NCBI RefSeq assembly: GCF_009834535.1
Contig: NC_045697.1
Coordinates: 85,314,001-85,378,000, forward strand
Length of the DNA: 64,000 bases
Reading direction: 5' to 3'
DNA from: Camelus ferus
Lineage: Eukaryota
The translations under genes and the position numbers were made by a program. Below, one piece after another: positions 43,541 to 57,032 of the stretch (within the stretch, counting starts at the first letter, position 1; each line of letters begins with the position of its first letter). Below the pieces are notes generated by a model that was not told where the DNA came from, ran no database searches, and saw nothing but the letters and a program-made list of their open reading frames with translations.

Positions 43541-46489
43541 ATAACTTTTATTTATTAATAATATTTTTATGTTTTAATGAGAAATTTCAATCTGTCTTAG
43601 ATAATAGCAAATGCTTTTTATTCAAAACTCTACTTTTTACCTTTGAGATAGATATGAAACCACATGGATGCTTCCTCACCAGTAGAGGATTGCTGCAAGT
43701 CCCCTGGTTTCTTGAGCACTTGTAAGAAGGTACCATTTTGTTTTTCTGCATGGCCAGTGGAAAATGAGGGAGGCTTTTGACTTTAATCCAATTAATTCAC
43801 TTGTGAGGACAACCAATATGCGGGCCACAAGCCAAAGACTCATTTGAGCACTTGGATTATTTCTAGAATTGTCTGAATTCATCAATAAATAGTTAATTTC
43901 TTCTGCTTTTTGCATTAGTTTTACCAGGAAGAGAAAGAGAATTGGGCCATTGAGCTTACTTAGTAGTAAATGACAGACAAATCCTAGCCCTGGGAGTAAT
44001 TCCATTTCCATTTCCCAAGCCTGATACTCGAGTGATATGGCTTCCTTCCCACCCTGTTGCATGAAAGCACCTTTGGGAGTTGCCTTATCCAAGTTCACAA
44101 TAGAACACCTCATTAGTCATGAGCAACACCTATTAAAAAGCAAAAGATTCTTAGAATTCCTCTATAAAATAAATCTTCTCAGAATTTTTATTTTTGGCCT
44201 TCAAAATATATTTTCAGGAACCCAATTTCTAGGCCAGCACTCAATCCCCATGATTTGATTCCTTCAGCTTCTGCAGAATACATTCTGAACTTCTTTGGAT
44301 TATTTAGTGGGACATCCCAGGCATAGTGTTTGCTTCTCGTAGCTCAGACTTCCCACTGGCAAGTGAGATGAATAAAAAGACAAATTACTGCCCACAAAGG
44401 TATCCTTTGAGAGAATACAAACGTTTACAACAAGCAGGGAGTATTAAAGCACTTAATTATATATGCTTCATAATCGGTTATCTTAGAGAAGATCAATCCA
44501 TACGTGTGACTATTAGTGAGAAGAATGAGAGACTTCCATGCTGTAGACGGTGCTGTAACCTGCAATCCTGATAATCTGCTCTTCCGAAAACTCTGGTCAG
44601 CTTTTCCATTCACAGCAGGACATGTTCAAGTTATGAAGCTGCCAACTAGGCAAGCCAAGGTCGTATGAAACAACTAAGGAAAACATCCTTAAATCTTAAT
44701 TTTGGCTGCAGTAGGTCATCATTAATTTTGCTCTCAGTTTTAAGAAGAGTAATTTTTCCCCACCACAAATTCAATTTTATGTATTTAAAGTTAGACTTGT
44801 GGATTTAAAACAAAATTTTAATGATTAACCAGCAATGGAAAACTTACACTTAAATCTGAAGTATTCTAACCATCATTCTACATAAAGCTCACTTTCCACC
44901 TGATACTGTATTTGTATCCAAGAATTCTTTTGCTTATCCCTCACTTGGATCCGCATATGACGGAATTAGAATAGAAACGGAATTATAAACCTGTATTATG
45001 CTGAACTGGGCAATCTCATCTATTCTGCTATGGAACACCATGATATGCCTAACAGAAAAATTACATAGAATTTGAAAATAGGCAAAAGAGGTGATTTGAT
45101 GTCCCTTCAGTGTAGCGCTAGGCTTGATGTTTGACTGGGGTATATTACAACTCTGTAGGAGCAAAGGTTATAGGAGTACTTTCTGTCTGGAGGAACAGAT
45201 AACCACAGAACTTAATCACCGTGTAAGATGTTAACCAGTCTAGTATCTAATCTAGCAACTTTATCCTAATAATTCTTTTTAAAATTTCAGATAGATAGAT
45301 ACTTCTTGAATGTTCTTTGAGCCAATTAAAACATCTTTCATTTATTGAGTTAAATAATATCTTTGATACATATTCATTTATATTTGCTTGATAGTCATAA
45401 TTTTAAACTTTTTAATACTTATATTTAACATGCCCTATATTGTAAGTTTAAAATAATAACAACCCTTCCTTTTTCCTATGGATGAAGTTAGAAAATCTTG
45501 CTATTGAAACGGGCTTGTTGATTTCAATGCAGATGATAGTAGCAAAAGCTGAATGGCAACTCTCAGTCACCAGAACAAAGACAGGCATGGTTATCACTGT
45601 AGGCAGCAGGGTACAAGTGATAATCAGAAAGGTTCTACCTACAGAAAACTTGAGCAATAGCTACTGGGTCAATGGGGATCTTTAAGCTGAACTAGAAAGG
45701 CAACTGACCGAAATCTCCTACAATACTCTAGACCTAACCCCACAGCAGCCTGACCTGAATTATCTCAGTACAGTGAAATGGGTTCTCATGCAATTTCCAG
45801 AGGTTCGTTTGTGAAGAGTACATTAAAAGACGAACACTGTGGTAAAAGCCTATTGTTTGTTTTGTAGATATTTATGCTGTACTCCACAAAAGGAACCTGT
45901 GGCTGTTTATTGAAGTTGCTGTGTACCTAGACTTTTCAGAGGTTGCTGGGCTCTAGTTGGATGCTGAAGCTTGCTGGTTACATATCCCCTCTCCACAGGT
46001 GACAAAAGGAGTTTTGGCTTAAGTCTGTAGATTTTAAAATAGGAATGCTTGGCAAGTAGCAGAATATATACATAGGCTTGCTAACTTCTAAAGTAAAGGC
46101 TATTTTGATACAAGTGCCAAGAGGAAGCATTTGTAATCACCCTTCCCTATCAAAAGAGTTAACCAGATGCAATATAGATTTTCTGGGCGATTACAGATGT
46201 TAATGTCATCTTTAAACACTTGAAATCAATAGAAGCGGTGTTTCCTATCATGTTCTCTTTTAACTTAATTTTTGGTCTCAGAGAATAAAAAGGAATTTTT
46301 TGGAAATTAATAAGGCAGTGACTCAAATCATAATTGCTATTCCAGATGTACTCTATTTACAACACTGCTGCTAGCATATGGTGTGCAGCCATTCGTTTGG
46401 AAAATGCTTACAGTGAGCCAGCTGGAAAAACTTCTCATGCCCAGGGCCAATCAAAGCTGGCAGCTTTATGGCTTATCTAGTAGAGAGAA

Positions 46490-46503
46490 ACACACACACA
46501 CAA

Positions 46504-46540
<37 letters not shown>

Positions 46541-46605
46541 CACACACAATATATTTTATATGTATATATATATAATATATATACACACACACTCACATAC
46601 ATACA
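46490..46605. repeat. Compound (CA)n/(TA)n microsatellite
   Basis: Directly visible. Confidence 0.9.
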
Positions 46606-46997
46606 TTGCAAATGTGATGTAGGCAGCTTTCAAAATCTGAATCTTTTAAAAAGACCTTCCAAGCCTTATGCCTCTTTTTATTAGTGGTCGTGGGGAGTGA
46701 GTGGGGCAAGATACAGCAATATGTGTTTCATATCTTCACTTTGGAGACTATATTCTGATATGTCCCTGATTCCAAAAAAGCATCATTGAGTTTGAAAGAC
46801 GCTGCACATTCCCAGGTTGTATCTCTTTCTGGCACAGAACTATTTTACTAAGGTGTTAAGGAAGTTACAGCTACATCCTGCTCCTAATGGCCTATTGTAA
46901 TGATATCATCAGTACGGTTGATCAGCAGGATGTCCTTTGACGTTAGTGATTCCATTAAAATGTGGTTACTCTTTTAATGTGTGGCACAGATTTTTAT

Positions 46998-49075
46998 GTG
47001 TTTTATTTTTAATTATTTTATTGATATAAAAAACTCATGACATTAAATTTACCATCTTAATCATTTTTGTGTATATTCAATAATGTTAAATATATTCACA
47101 CTGTTGGGTGACAGAAAATGTATGCCCACTAAATACTAGTTTCCCCTCAACCTCAGCTCTTGGCAAACATCTATTTATACTTTCTGTTAATACGGTTTTA
47201 ATTACTTCAGATACTTCATATGAGTGGAATCATGTAATATTTGTTCTTCTGTGACTAACTTATTTGGCTTAGCACAATGCCCTCAAGTTTTGTTCATGGT
47301 GTAGCATGTGACCAGGTTTCATTTCTTTTCAAGGCTACATAATATTCTTCTGCATGAATATATACCAAATTTTCTTCATTTATTCATCCCAATGGTTATT
47401 TGGGTTGCTTCTACCTCTTGGTTATTGTAATTAATGCTTCAATGAACATACACGTGCAAATATCTCTTCAAGATCCTGCTTTCAATTATTTTGTATGTGT
47501 ACCCAGATATAGAATTGCCAGATCATATGGCAATTCTATTTTTCATTTTAAAGGAAACTCTATACTGTTTTTCATAATGGCTGCACTATTTTACATTCTC
47601 ACTGACAGTGCACAAGAGTTCCAATTTCTCTGTGTCCTCACCAACAGATGTTATTTGATGTTCTTTTGATAGTGGCCATCCTGATGTGTATCAGGTAATA
47701 TCTCATTGTGGTTTTGATTTGAATTTCCTTATGATTAGTGATGTTCAACATCTTCTCATATGCTTGTTGGCCATTTGTGCATCTTCTTTGGAGAATTGTC
47801 TAGTCATGTTCTTTGTCCATTTTTTAATCAAGTTATTCATTGTCTTGTTGCGTTGCAGAAGGTCCTTATCTATTCTGGTTATTAACCCCTTATCAGATAT
47901 ATGATTTGCAAATATTTCCTCCCATTCTGTAGGTTGTCTTTTCATTCTGATGACTGCTCCCTCTGACGGACATAGGTATTAAAATTTGGTATAGTCTTAT
48001 TTATTTCTTTTTGCTTTAGTTGCCTGTGCTTTGGTGTCATGGCCATGAAATCATTGCCAAATCCAATGTCTTGAAGCTTTTCCCCTATGTTTTCTTCTAG
48101 GAGTTTTATACATCTAGGTTTTATATTTAGGTATTTTAATCCACTTTGAGATAATTTTTTACATGGTATAGGGTAAGAGTTCAGCTTTATTCTTTTGCCT
48201 GTGAAATCCAGTTTTCTCGGCACCATTTGTTAAAGAGTTTCATCTTTCCTCATTATGCAGTTCTTGGCACCCTTGTCAAAAATCATTTGACCATATATTC
48301 AAGAGTTTATTTCTGAGTGCTATTCTTTTCCATTAGTCTATGTGTGCTAGAACCATACCATCTTGATTACTAGTGCTTTGTAGTATGTTTTGAAATCAGA
48401 AAGAGTGAGGCCTCTAACACTGTTCTTTTTCAAGATTGTTTTGGCTATTCAAGGTCCCTTGAGATTCCATATGAATTTTAGGATGGTTTTTCTTATTTCT
48501 ACAAAAAATGTCATTAGGATTTTGATGAGTACTGCACTGATTTTGTGGATTGCTCTGGGTAGCATGGGCATTTCTTTGAGCAATATTTTTGTTGTTTTTT
48601 GTGTATGTCTTTTATCTCCATGATTAAGTTTATCCCTAAGTATGTTATCTTTCTGACTCTATAGTAAATGTGACTGTTTTCTTAATTTCCTTTTTGGATT
48701 GGTCATTGTTAGTGTATAGAAATGCAGCTGATTTTTGTGTGTTAATTGTGTATGCTACAACTTTGCTGAAATTGTTTATTAGTTGTAACTTTTCTGTGTG
48801 AGTGGAATTTTTATAGTATTCTACATATAAAATCATGTAATCTGCAAACAGATAGTTTTTCCAATTTAGATACCTTTTCTTATCTAATTCCAGAATATGT
48901 TGAATAGTAGTAGTGAGATTGAACAACTTGTCCTTCTTCCTGATCTCAGAGGAAAAACTTACAGTCTTTCTTTACTGAGCATGATGTTAGCTGTGAGATT
49001 TTCATATACGGCTTTCATTATTTTGAGGTAGTTTCCTCGTAGTCCTAGTCTGATGCGTATTCTTATCAGGAAATT
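46998..49075 (-). mobile_element. L1 (L1MB-like) 3' ~2 kb, disrupted ORF2
   Basis: ORF track gives L1 ORF2 C-terminal peptides MKRQPTEWEEIFANHISDKGLI...FSKEDAQMANKHMRRC and LFADYMILYVE...INNFSKVVAYTINTQKSAAFLYTNN, broken by stops and frameshifts. Confidence 0.92.
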
Positions 49076-49579
49076 ATCTCTTTTATCTTTGATGAGTATC
49101 CCAAGTGCTTAGAACTGTGCTGGCACAAAATAGGCACTCAATAAATATGCACGGGAAAGAATAAAGTAGAAAAAGACTAATGGTGAGAAGACCAATATAG
49201 ACCATTTCAAATGTCCAGAGAGTAGACTTCGCCCTTGTGATAAGCGAGGGGAGGTGTATTGTTGCCTCTTCTGGGCAAGCAATTTCTTCTAGTGGCCTTT
49301 ATTCATTTGAACAGAATAAAAGCCTGTTTTGGATCAATACTGAGAAATGGACCACAATCACAGTACCCTGCTCTAAAGGTTAGCTCAAGAAAAATAGAGG
49401 GAAAGAGAAATTCTCATAGGGATAAGAGAGAAAGGGAAAGGGCGTGTGATCTAGTCTCCAAAGTTGCACACTATCACTTCCACTTTATTCTAGTAATGAA
49501 AAGGGAAGTGATTAGGCTCCATCTCTTGAAGGAAGGTGTAACAATGAATTTGTGGATATATATTAAAGACATCATTAAG

Positions 49580-50620
49580 AATATGGAAATGCAAGATACT
49601 GAGAAAAATGTATCTGACAAAGAATATGTTGTATATATTATATTTTTATAGTGTAATACAAACAGGCAAACAATCCAATAAAATAGTCAAGATTTTTATA
49701 CAGACACTTCAGAAAAGAAGATATATGAATTGTCAATTCGAGAAAAGATGCTCAAATGAAGTGCCACTACATATTCACTAAGTGGTTAACATATAATAAA
49801 TAATTTTAATGCCAAGTGTTAAGCATGTCTGAGTGTGAGTATAGTGACTAGACCTCTCATACATTGCTGTGTATGTGTAAAATGATACTCTCATTTTGGA
49901 AAACTTCTTGGCAGTTCCCTATAAAGTTAAACACATACTTATCCCATGAGCTTGCAATTCTCCTTTTCAGTCTTTACTCTAAACGAATAAAAACCTATGG
50001 CCACAAAACATCATAAATGTGAATATTCATAGCAGATTTGTTCATAATAACTGTAGACTGGAAACAACCCAAGTTTCCATCAATGGGTGAATAATGTGTG
50101 GTATATTCACACAGTGGATGACTACCCAACAATAAAAAAGGAACAATGTGCTGATATGTACAATAACATGGATGGAGCTCAAAAACATGATCCTGAGCAA
50201 AAGAAGCCTGACACAAAAGAGTACATCCTGTAGGGCTTCATCTATATGAAATCCTACAAATGAGAAATTCAATCTATAGTGAAAGAGAGCTTCTAGTGCT
50301 TGCCTGGGCCTGGGGGAAATGGAAAAGGAATTTCCTGGGGTGTGATGGAAATGTTCTATATCTTGACTGTGGTGATGTTACATAGTTACATAGCTTTGCT
50401 GTAACTCATATAGTTAAATGCCTTAAATGGGTGCATTTTATTACGTGTTAATTATGCCTTAATACATTTGATCGAAAAGGGAAAAAATAATATTTGGGAG
50501 CTGAATATAAAACAATATGAAAGATAAAATTTTAACAATTTTCAAAGTAAATAAATATCTTTATGATCTCAGAGAGAGAAAGGGTTTCTCAAAAGCCACA
50601 AACCATAAAAAGAAAGACAA
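49580..50620 (+). mobile_element. Old L1 (L1MB/MC-like) ORF2 end and 3'UTR
   Basis: cagacacttcagaaaagaagatata...ctggaaacaacccaagtttccatcaatgggtgaat...gatggaaatgttctatatcttgactgtggtg. Confidence 0.8.
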
Positions 50621-51874
50621 ACAAACAAAAAACCAGGACCTGTACACTCATTTCAGTCTCGCTCAAAGTTTGCCACTTTGGTTCTCATCCATTTTCTTTA
50701 CATTTCTTGAAGTTATTGTTAGTGTGTCTTCTTATCTAAGGAAACATTTTTGAGATTTCTTGACAAACACACTGATGATTCCACATGTCTGAATATGCTT
50801 TCTCTTCCTCCTCTCATTATTATAGATGGATTTTACATTTTAAACTTCCTTATATTAAGAAGGCTCACGTGTCTTAGGGCCTTCAAAATCATTGCGGTGT
50901 AGTGGAAATATCAGGCAATGCAGGGTCACTATTCATTATGTGACCTTTGGTCACACTTAACATCTTTAAGCTCCAATTTGTTTTGCTGTGAATTAAGGTT
51001 TACTAGTGAGAATAACATGAACTAATAAATGTAAAAATATTTTGCAAATGAAACACACTATACAATTTGCTTATCCTTTCATCTCTATTCTTTATACTCA
51101 CAAATTTCTTTCTTCTAGTCATTGAGGAAATATCTTACTTCATGGAAATAGCTAATCCTACCACCTACATTCATTATTCCATTTCTTTTGAGTTTTCGGA
51201 GTCATTTACCCATAATTTTCTCCTATCGGGCTTGTATCTTCAATGATACACTCTCTACGGGCTCTCTTTCTTTTGACAATATATTTCTATCTACCATGTA
51301 CTACAACCCCCCCTAAAAGCAAACAAATAAGAAAACCCTTCTTCTTACTAATCCTTAGACTTCCTCATCCTTGTACCCTATCTCTGTACCATCCTTTAAT
51401 GTTACTACTTTCATAAACCCCTGTCTCTCTATTTATCCTGCTATACTCTAACTCTCACTCCTAATCCTAATCTGAAGTTGGATTTTTAAATATCCCAGCA
51501 ATATCCCAATAATCACACAAGATAAATATTTTAAGAATTCTCACTATGCTCATCTTCTCTGCAGCTTTGGACTCTGTGAGCCACTCCCCTCCTTGATTAT
51601 CACTTTGCTATTTCTCTGTTCTCATCCTATAAATGCCCCCCTCTGAACATCTGCCTTGATGTTTTGTACAAATACCTGTGTTTTCCTAGGGAGAGAGGTG
51701 TAATTCAGTCTAAACCTTAAATATCTGAGAATAGTTGGGATTCTTTGATCAGATGCTCTGCCATCAGGATGAATGGCAGCATGGGATAGAGAATTTGAAG
51801 AAAAATTTTAAAAAGCAAAATTTTTTGCACAACTGAATATGTATGAGTAAAATGTCCCACGTGGTAACACACTG

Positions 51875-52122
51875 TAGTTCAAATGTTGGGATGCAACCCC
51901 ATTAGTTAGCCAACAATTTTGTCTGTTGCATCCAGCATTTGCAAAATAAATAAAATGTAATTAAAAATAAAATAAAATAGAACATATAATGCATCATGCA
52001 TAACAAGGGTAAACATTATTTTAAAGAATTTCTTTTCAGTTTTATACAGATGTATATGTATACTTGGTCACAACATAATGTATTTCTTATTGTGGCCAGA
52101 GTTTCAAAAGTATGAAAACTCT
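51875..52122. mobile_element. hAT-Charlie-like MITE remnant
   Basis: gcaacccc attagt...ccagcattt...aagggtaaacattatttt...tgtatttcttattgtgg...aaaagtatgaaaact resembles short Charlie-family elements. Confidence 0.5.
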
Positions 52123-53046
52123 TATTCTGAAAGGTAGATAATCGATGCTGAAGCATAATTTTATTTATTCCTCATAAAGGGACTGGAGATATTTATTAAT
52201 CAAAAAGGGTATGGAAGGGTCTTTTGTATGTATTTCTTTCACAGAATAGGGCCATTCCTAACATTCCCTTTGATGTAGAATGGGCTCTTGAGTCAACCGA
52301 TGCTACAGTGTTTGCCCAAGGGCATCTAAGAGCCAAGGTAGGTTTCACAGGCGAACTTAAGTGCAGATGATTTCCAGAACCCAAATGATTATTATTTATT
52401 ACACATGACTGAGAAATCAGGAATCTAGATTACTGCATCCAAGCCATGAAAACAAGACCCCTAAAACAGCTGGGTCCTTAATTCCAGTCACAGACTTTCC
52501 CACCTAACCAGTGGTATTTATACAGGTGCAATAGGAGTGTTAGTTATAACACATATCACCCCTTGTCCAGCCAAGACAAATCAAGGGCTATATGAATATC
52601 CGTGATAATTCTTGCTAATAAATTGAAATTAGTTTGGGGGGCACCTCAAGAGCACTTGCAATGTTACTAATAACCTTTTCCTGGGTTAGAAACAAATTTC
52701 TTCCATCTTTTCCAATTCAATTATACCTACTGTTGGAATGACAGTCCATGCACTACACATGGAGTGGGAACCTGACTTCCTCATGTACTTCTCCATGTAG
52801 TTCTCCTGGGAAGTCCTTGTTTTACTCACTTTGCAGGTATCTGGGTATCCTCTGAAAGTCTTTAGCTACTGTTTACACAAGAGATTTTTGTGCATATTAA
52901 GTAATTAAAGCCTGGGGTCCACATAAGAAGTAGGGCACAGGTTATCAGAAAAGGAGTGAGTCAACAATCAATCCCCTGCCCTGGCTGGCAGATTTCTTGA
53001 GTGGAATTAAATAGTTCCTACAAAGCTGGCTGGAGAATATTAAATG

Positions 53047-53047
<1 letters not shown>

Positions 53048-53118
<71 letters not shown>

Positions 53119-53120
53119 GC

Positions 53121-53151
<31 letters not shown>

Positions 53152-53161
53152 ATAATAATAA
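53048..53161. repeat. Compound trinucleotide microsatellite (AAT)~23 AGC (AGT)~10 (AAT)3
   Basis: Directly visible; source of the poly-N/S and poly-Y pseudo-ORFs. Confidence 0.97.
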
Positions 53162-53392
53162 CAGGCTACTACAGCCAAAATGATTGATCCAGTATCTATT
53201 CTCAACCTGGTGAGGTCAAGGCCACTGAAATCTGTACAGCCATTTCAGTGGAAGTATTTTGTTGATGTGTGGTCAGTGTTCAATTTTTCTAAGGCTGAAG
53301 ATTTGCTTAATAATGTGAGGAAATTTCAAGTACTTGGAGAGACCGTTGAAAGGGAATGTGCTCTCTGGTAGAAATCTAAACTAAATAGCTAT

Positions 53393-53653
53393 TTTGAAAT
53401 CCCAGTCTGTCCCTTCCCACCCCCACCCCCCCATAATAGATAAACAAGATTATACTGTATAGCACAGGGAAAAATATACAAGAGCTTATGGTAGCTCACA
53501 GCGAAAAAAAAATGTGGCAATGAATATATGTATGTTCATGTATAACTGAAAAATTGTGCTCTACACTGGAATTTGACACAACATTGTAAGATGACTATAA
53601 CTCAATAAAAAAAGTTTAAAAAGAAAAGAAAAACAATACAAACAAACAAAAAC
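53393..53653 (+). mobile_element. Short L1 3' end with 5' inversion
   Basis: 12-bp TSD ctaaatagctat (53381-53392, 53654-53665); sense L1 tail from ~53433 preceded by ~40 bp that is the reverse complement of the G-rich L1 3'UTR segment. Confidence 0.82.
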
Positions 53654-54414
53654 CTAAATAGCTATGAAATTTTTGTTAGCATGATCAGGTGGAAGAATGA
53701 CAAATCCAGTAATCCATTAGATCCTCTCTTTTTTGGTGGCAGAGAAAGGCATGGGAAGCCAAACTTCTAAACATGAGTGTTATGCGTAAAAATATATCGA
53801 TAAATCATTTTGGGCAAGTCTCGGGGTTACCAGAGTACAAGAGCAAGTAAGAATAACAATAAAGAAAGGCTAAACAGGATACCAGTGATATCAGAAAAAT
53901 AATCTTGTTGCATCATCTAAGATAGAAGCTGACCACTTTGTCTTATCGTCAGCTTGATTTAAAGATCTTGGGTTAAAGACCTTGTTCTGATTATCTTCTG
54001 CCTTCTGGATTCTTAAGAATCCTTGGTTTAATGTGTCCTGATGCGATGGATGACCAATGGTCTAGAGAAAATTATTTTTTGTTTTTTTAACGAGAAAACA
54101 GGAATCCAAGAAGTCCTAGGAGCTTACTATGGCACTATTGTTAACAGTATCTGATCAAGTCTTTTAAATCAAACTTTGAAGGCAATCTCCTGGAAGACTA
54201 AATCTCTGGGTTTTAGATCATTCAGAGTCTGTAGTGGGATGGGGAGGAGTATGGGGAAGCTGCTCATACTTGTTGCTGCTAAGAGTGGGTATGTGCAGAA
54301 GTCCATTAAAGTATTTGGCTGTATCAGCTTGCAGGATATACACAGGATTGAAAGTGACATTCCTAAAGACATGCAACAGCCTCTTATTAATTTAAAAGGA
54401 CAAAGTGGATGAAT

Positions 54415-54545
54415 CCCAAATGTAGTTTTAACTGCTACTTGCAGCTGTGTGACCTGCAGGGAGTCACTTAATGTCTCTGAGCCTCAGTATCCTGACCTAA
54501 AGGTAGGCATAAAAGGCCTTTAATAGTGTGAAGAGCTTAAATTGT
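54415..54545 (+). mobile_element. MIR fragment
   Basis: ctacttgcagctgtgtgacc...agtcacttaatgtctctgagcctcagt MIR core. Confidence 0.7.
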
Positions 54546-57007
54546 GTGTTTTAAGTTTTATGTGATGAAGAAACTGGACATTAAAATATCCAAGATTGCT
54601 TTTATTGCTGAAAATTGAAAGCATTAAAGAACCTTCGTGTAACACTCATAGTGGAAGATTTTACCATCCAGGAAAGATAACCGATTTTTACTGCTCCTGA
54701 AAGGCATTTCTTAAATTCTACCTAATTTGCTAAAAGTTCTGTTAAATTTAAGCTATAATGAAATCCTCTTGAGTTAAGCATTGTTAAATACATAAAATGT
54801 TGCTCTTGTGTTTTGCTTTTTCATTTTCACCAAATACTATTTTTTAGTGATCTCAGGCAAGTAAAGAGTACAGGGAGTTACTATTCTGAATCACAGAATT
54901 TTAATCCAACCCCTCATTTTATACTGAGAAAGGGAATTTCCTAAAAAAGGAAATGACTTTCACTCACAGCCAGTGAGGTTACCACCTGGGCAAAGCCCCT
55001 CAGTTGTTGACTCCCAGTTCAACACAACCAGCTGAGACCTTGTTCCCATACAGCCCAGCTTCTTGACAGTGTCTTGACAGTGTCTACCCTCTTAACAGTT
55101 TACATGGATCTCTGGGATAGAGCACCTAGTGACATAGGAAATGAAAACATAACAGTTACAATATTAGATAACATCAGTGGTTTTTTCCCCCCATAGAATT
55201 GTTAATATTTCTACAAGTAAATTAAAAAAAAATTTTCTTAGTGGAACTTTTTCTTGTGGTCCAACTTGCATTTATTGTCACCCCAGTGCCTTTCTTCTAA
55301 GAACCCAGCTCTGGCATTCAAGAACGGAGCAATAAAACATCTCACCCTCAACTTCTTCTTTTGGGTTAGATTTATATCTTCATTTGGAAGGAAATAAAAG
55401 GATAGCTTTTGGTCTGTAAACTTTTATATTTACTTTTAAAGCAGCCCATGCCATTAACTTACTGCTAAAATTCTGGTTTGAGCCACTATTATTTGAAATC
55501 CCCCAAGCCTGTATCTTAGAGACAGAAAAAAAACCGAACAAACAAAGCAAAATGCAAAACCTTCCAGTTTCACCGCTGACTGTTTGCAATGGTGCAAGAA
55601 ACGAGCACTGGCCTGTTTCATGGCTCCCACTAGTATCACTGCAGCACAGGAGGCTCAGACATTCCCCGGAGAGCCCCGTGCTGGTGTCATCCTGCTCTTG
55701 CTCAGCAAGGGCTGGCTTCCCTGGACTCCTCTGCATTACTCCACGTGTGAGCAAGCCCATCAGCAGCATCCTCTCTGACAAGGCCACCCTTCTCCTTTTG
55801 TGTTGCTGTGGCTTGTTCTCACTTTGAAGCATGAGGGGAGTGTAGAGCCTCTGTTTCTGCACCAGCTCTGGCATTTATCAGTCCTCATTGCCTTTAGCTT
55901 TGGCAAGTGATGTTTTTAGTTTCACTCAGAGGCTTGCAAACTACGGGGGCCTTGTAAGTTTCACACAGTTGTTATTAATGATGATTGCTCCTCGGACCCT
56001 CAGTAAGTAAGAGTGGGTCGGAATTTGTTTACCAAAAGAAAACAGACTTTGATTAGACATGGAATGTCTTAAAGTGCGGCTGAAAGGAGAACTGATTTAT
56101 AGGCTAATCTCTCATTTTAATGTTATTATTATAAATTGGTAAATGCTATTTCTAAAGTCATGCTCCACATATTTTTAATGATCAATGTTATTGCAAGTTG
56201 GAAATGTGTTGGGGAGTAGAAGTCTATGGTAAGTACACTCTAACCAATGAGATCTGACATTTTTATTTGCATGGAGTTTTTATCATTGAAAATTTTTTTA
56301 AGAAGTAATTACGACTATCAGCTAGCTAATTTTGCAATTGTGCCAGTGAATGGAGTAGCCAAATAAAGGAAATATTATAGAGAAAAGCCTTACTTAGCAA
56401 TCAACTTATGTTTTAAGTCCTTTTCTCTGTACTCCCAAAATGTCACCACCACCCTATGAATCATACCTCTGGTAGTACGAAACTTAACTTCTTCCTCAAA
56501 CTCTGCATACTACATAGTCATTCCTCATAGAGACCAACTTTAATCCAAGACCTTTTCTAGATTACAAGTGTTTTGTTCGTATTTGTATCCTCGGCACCTA
56601 GTAAAACATAGATTTAAGTGCTCAGTGAAATTGGTTGAATCCAGTTGAAAAAATTTCCTTGGGTCTTATACTATCTTGCAGTCTAGTTAACTGGGCACAC
56701 ATGTTATTTTTGCAACTACATTATAAACTCTGGGAGGGAAGGCATCTTGTTTTATACATCTTTGTATCCTCTTCATTCCATAGTATTGTATTATGCACTT
56801 AGAATGCCTTAATTAACTATTTGCTGAATTAAAAACGTGAATTTAAAAAAAAAAAGCCTTTGAATAGTAATCAAGGAACAGCCTCTGTAACTTGCTGTGC
56901 AGTCCTGAGCAGCTGGCTTCATCACTCTGAGACTGTCTCTTTAGCTTGAAATTTAGGATGTTTGGGTTAGCTGAGAGAGCTCTTCTAGGATTAATTATCT
57001 ACAGTGG

Positions 57008-57032
57008 TCTCTCTCTCTCTCTCTCTCTCTCT
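57008..57032. repeat. (CT)n microsatellite
   Basis: Directly visible. Confidence 0.9.

Noticed and set aside
43676..44113. 145-aa ORF, and the 164-aa ORF at 55380-55874
   Set aside because: No recognisable domain, homology or splice context; lengths are compatible with chance in 64 kb.
47745..48926. ORFs with reverse transcriptase/L1 ORF2 similarity
   Set aside because: Fragments of a 5'-truncated L1 with multiple stops and frameshifts; not a functional gene.
52945..53205. Poly-Tyr and poly-Asn/Ser ORFs
   Set aside because: Translations of the (AAT)/(AGT) microsatellite.
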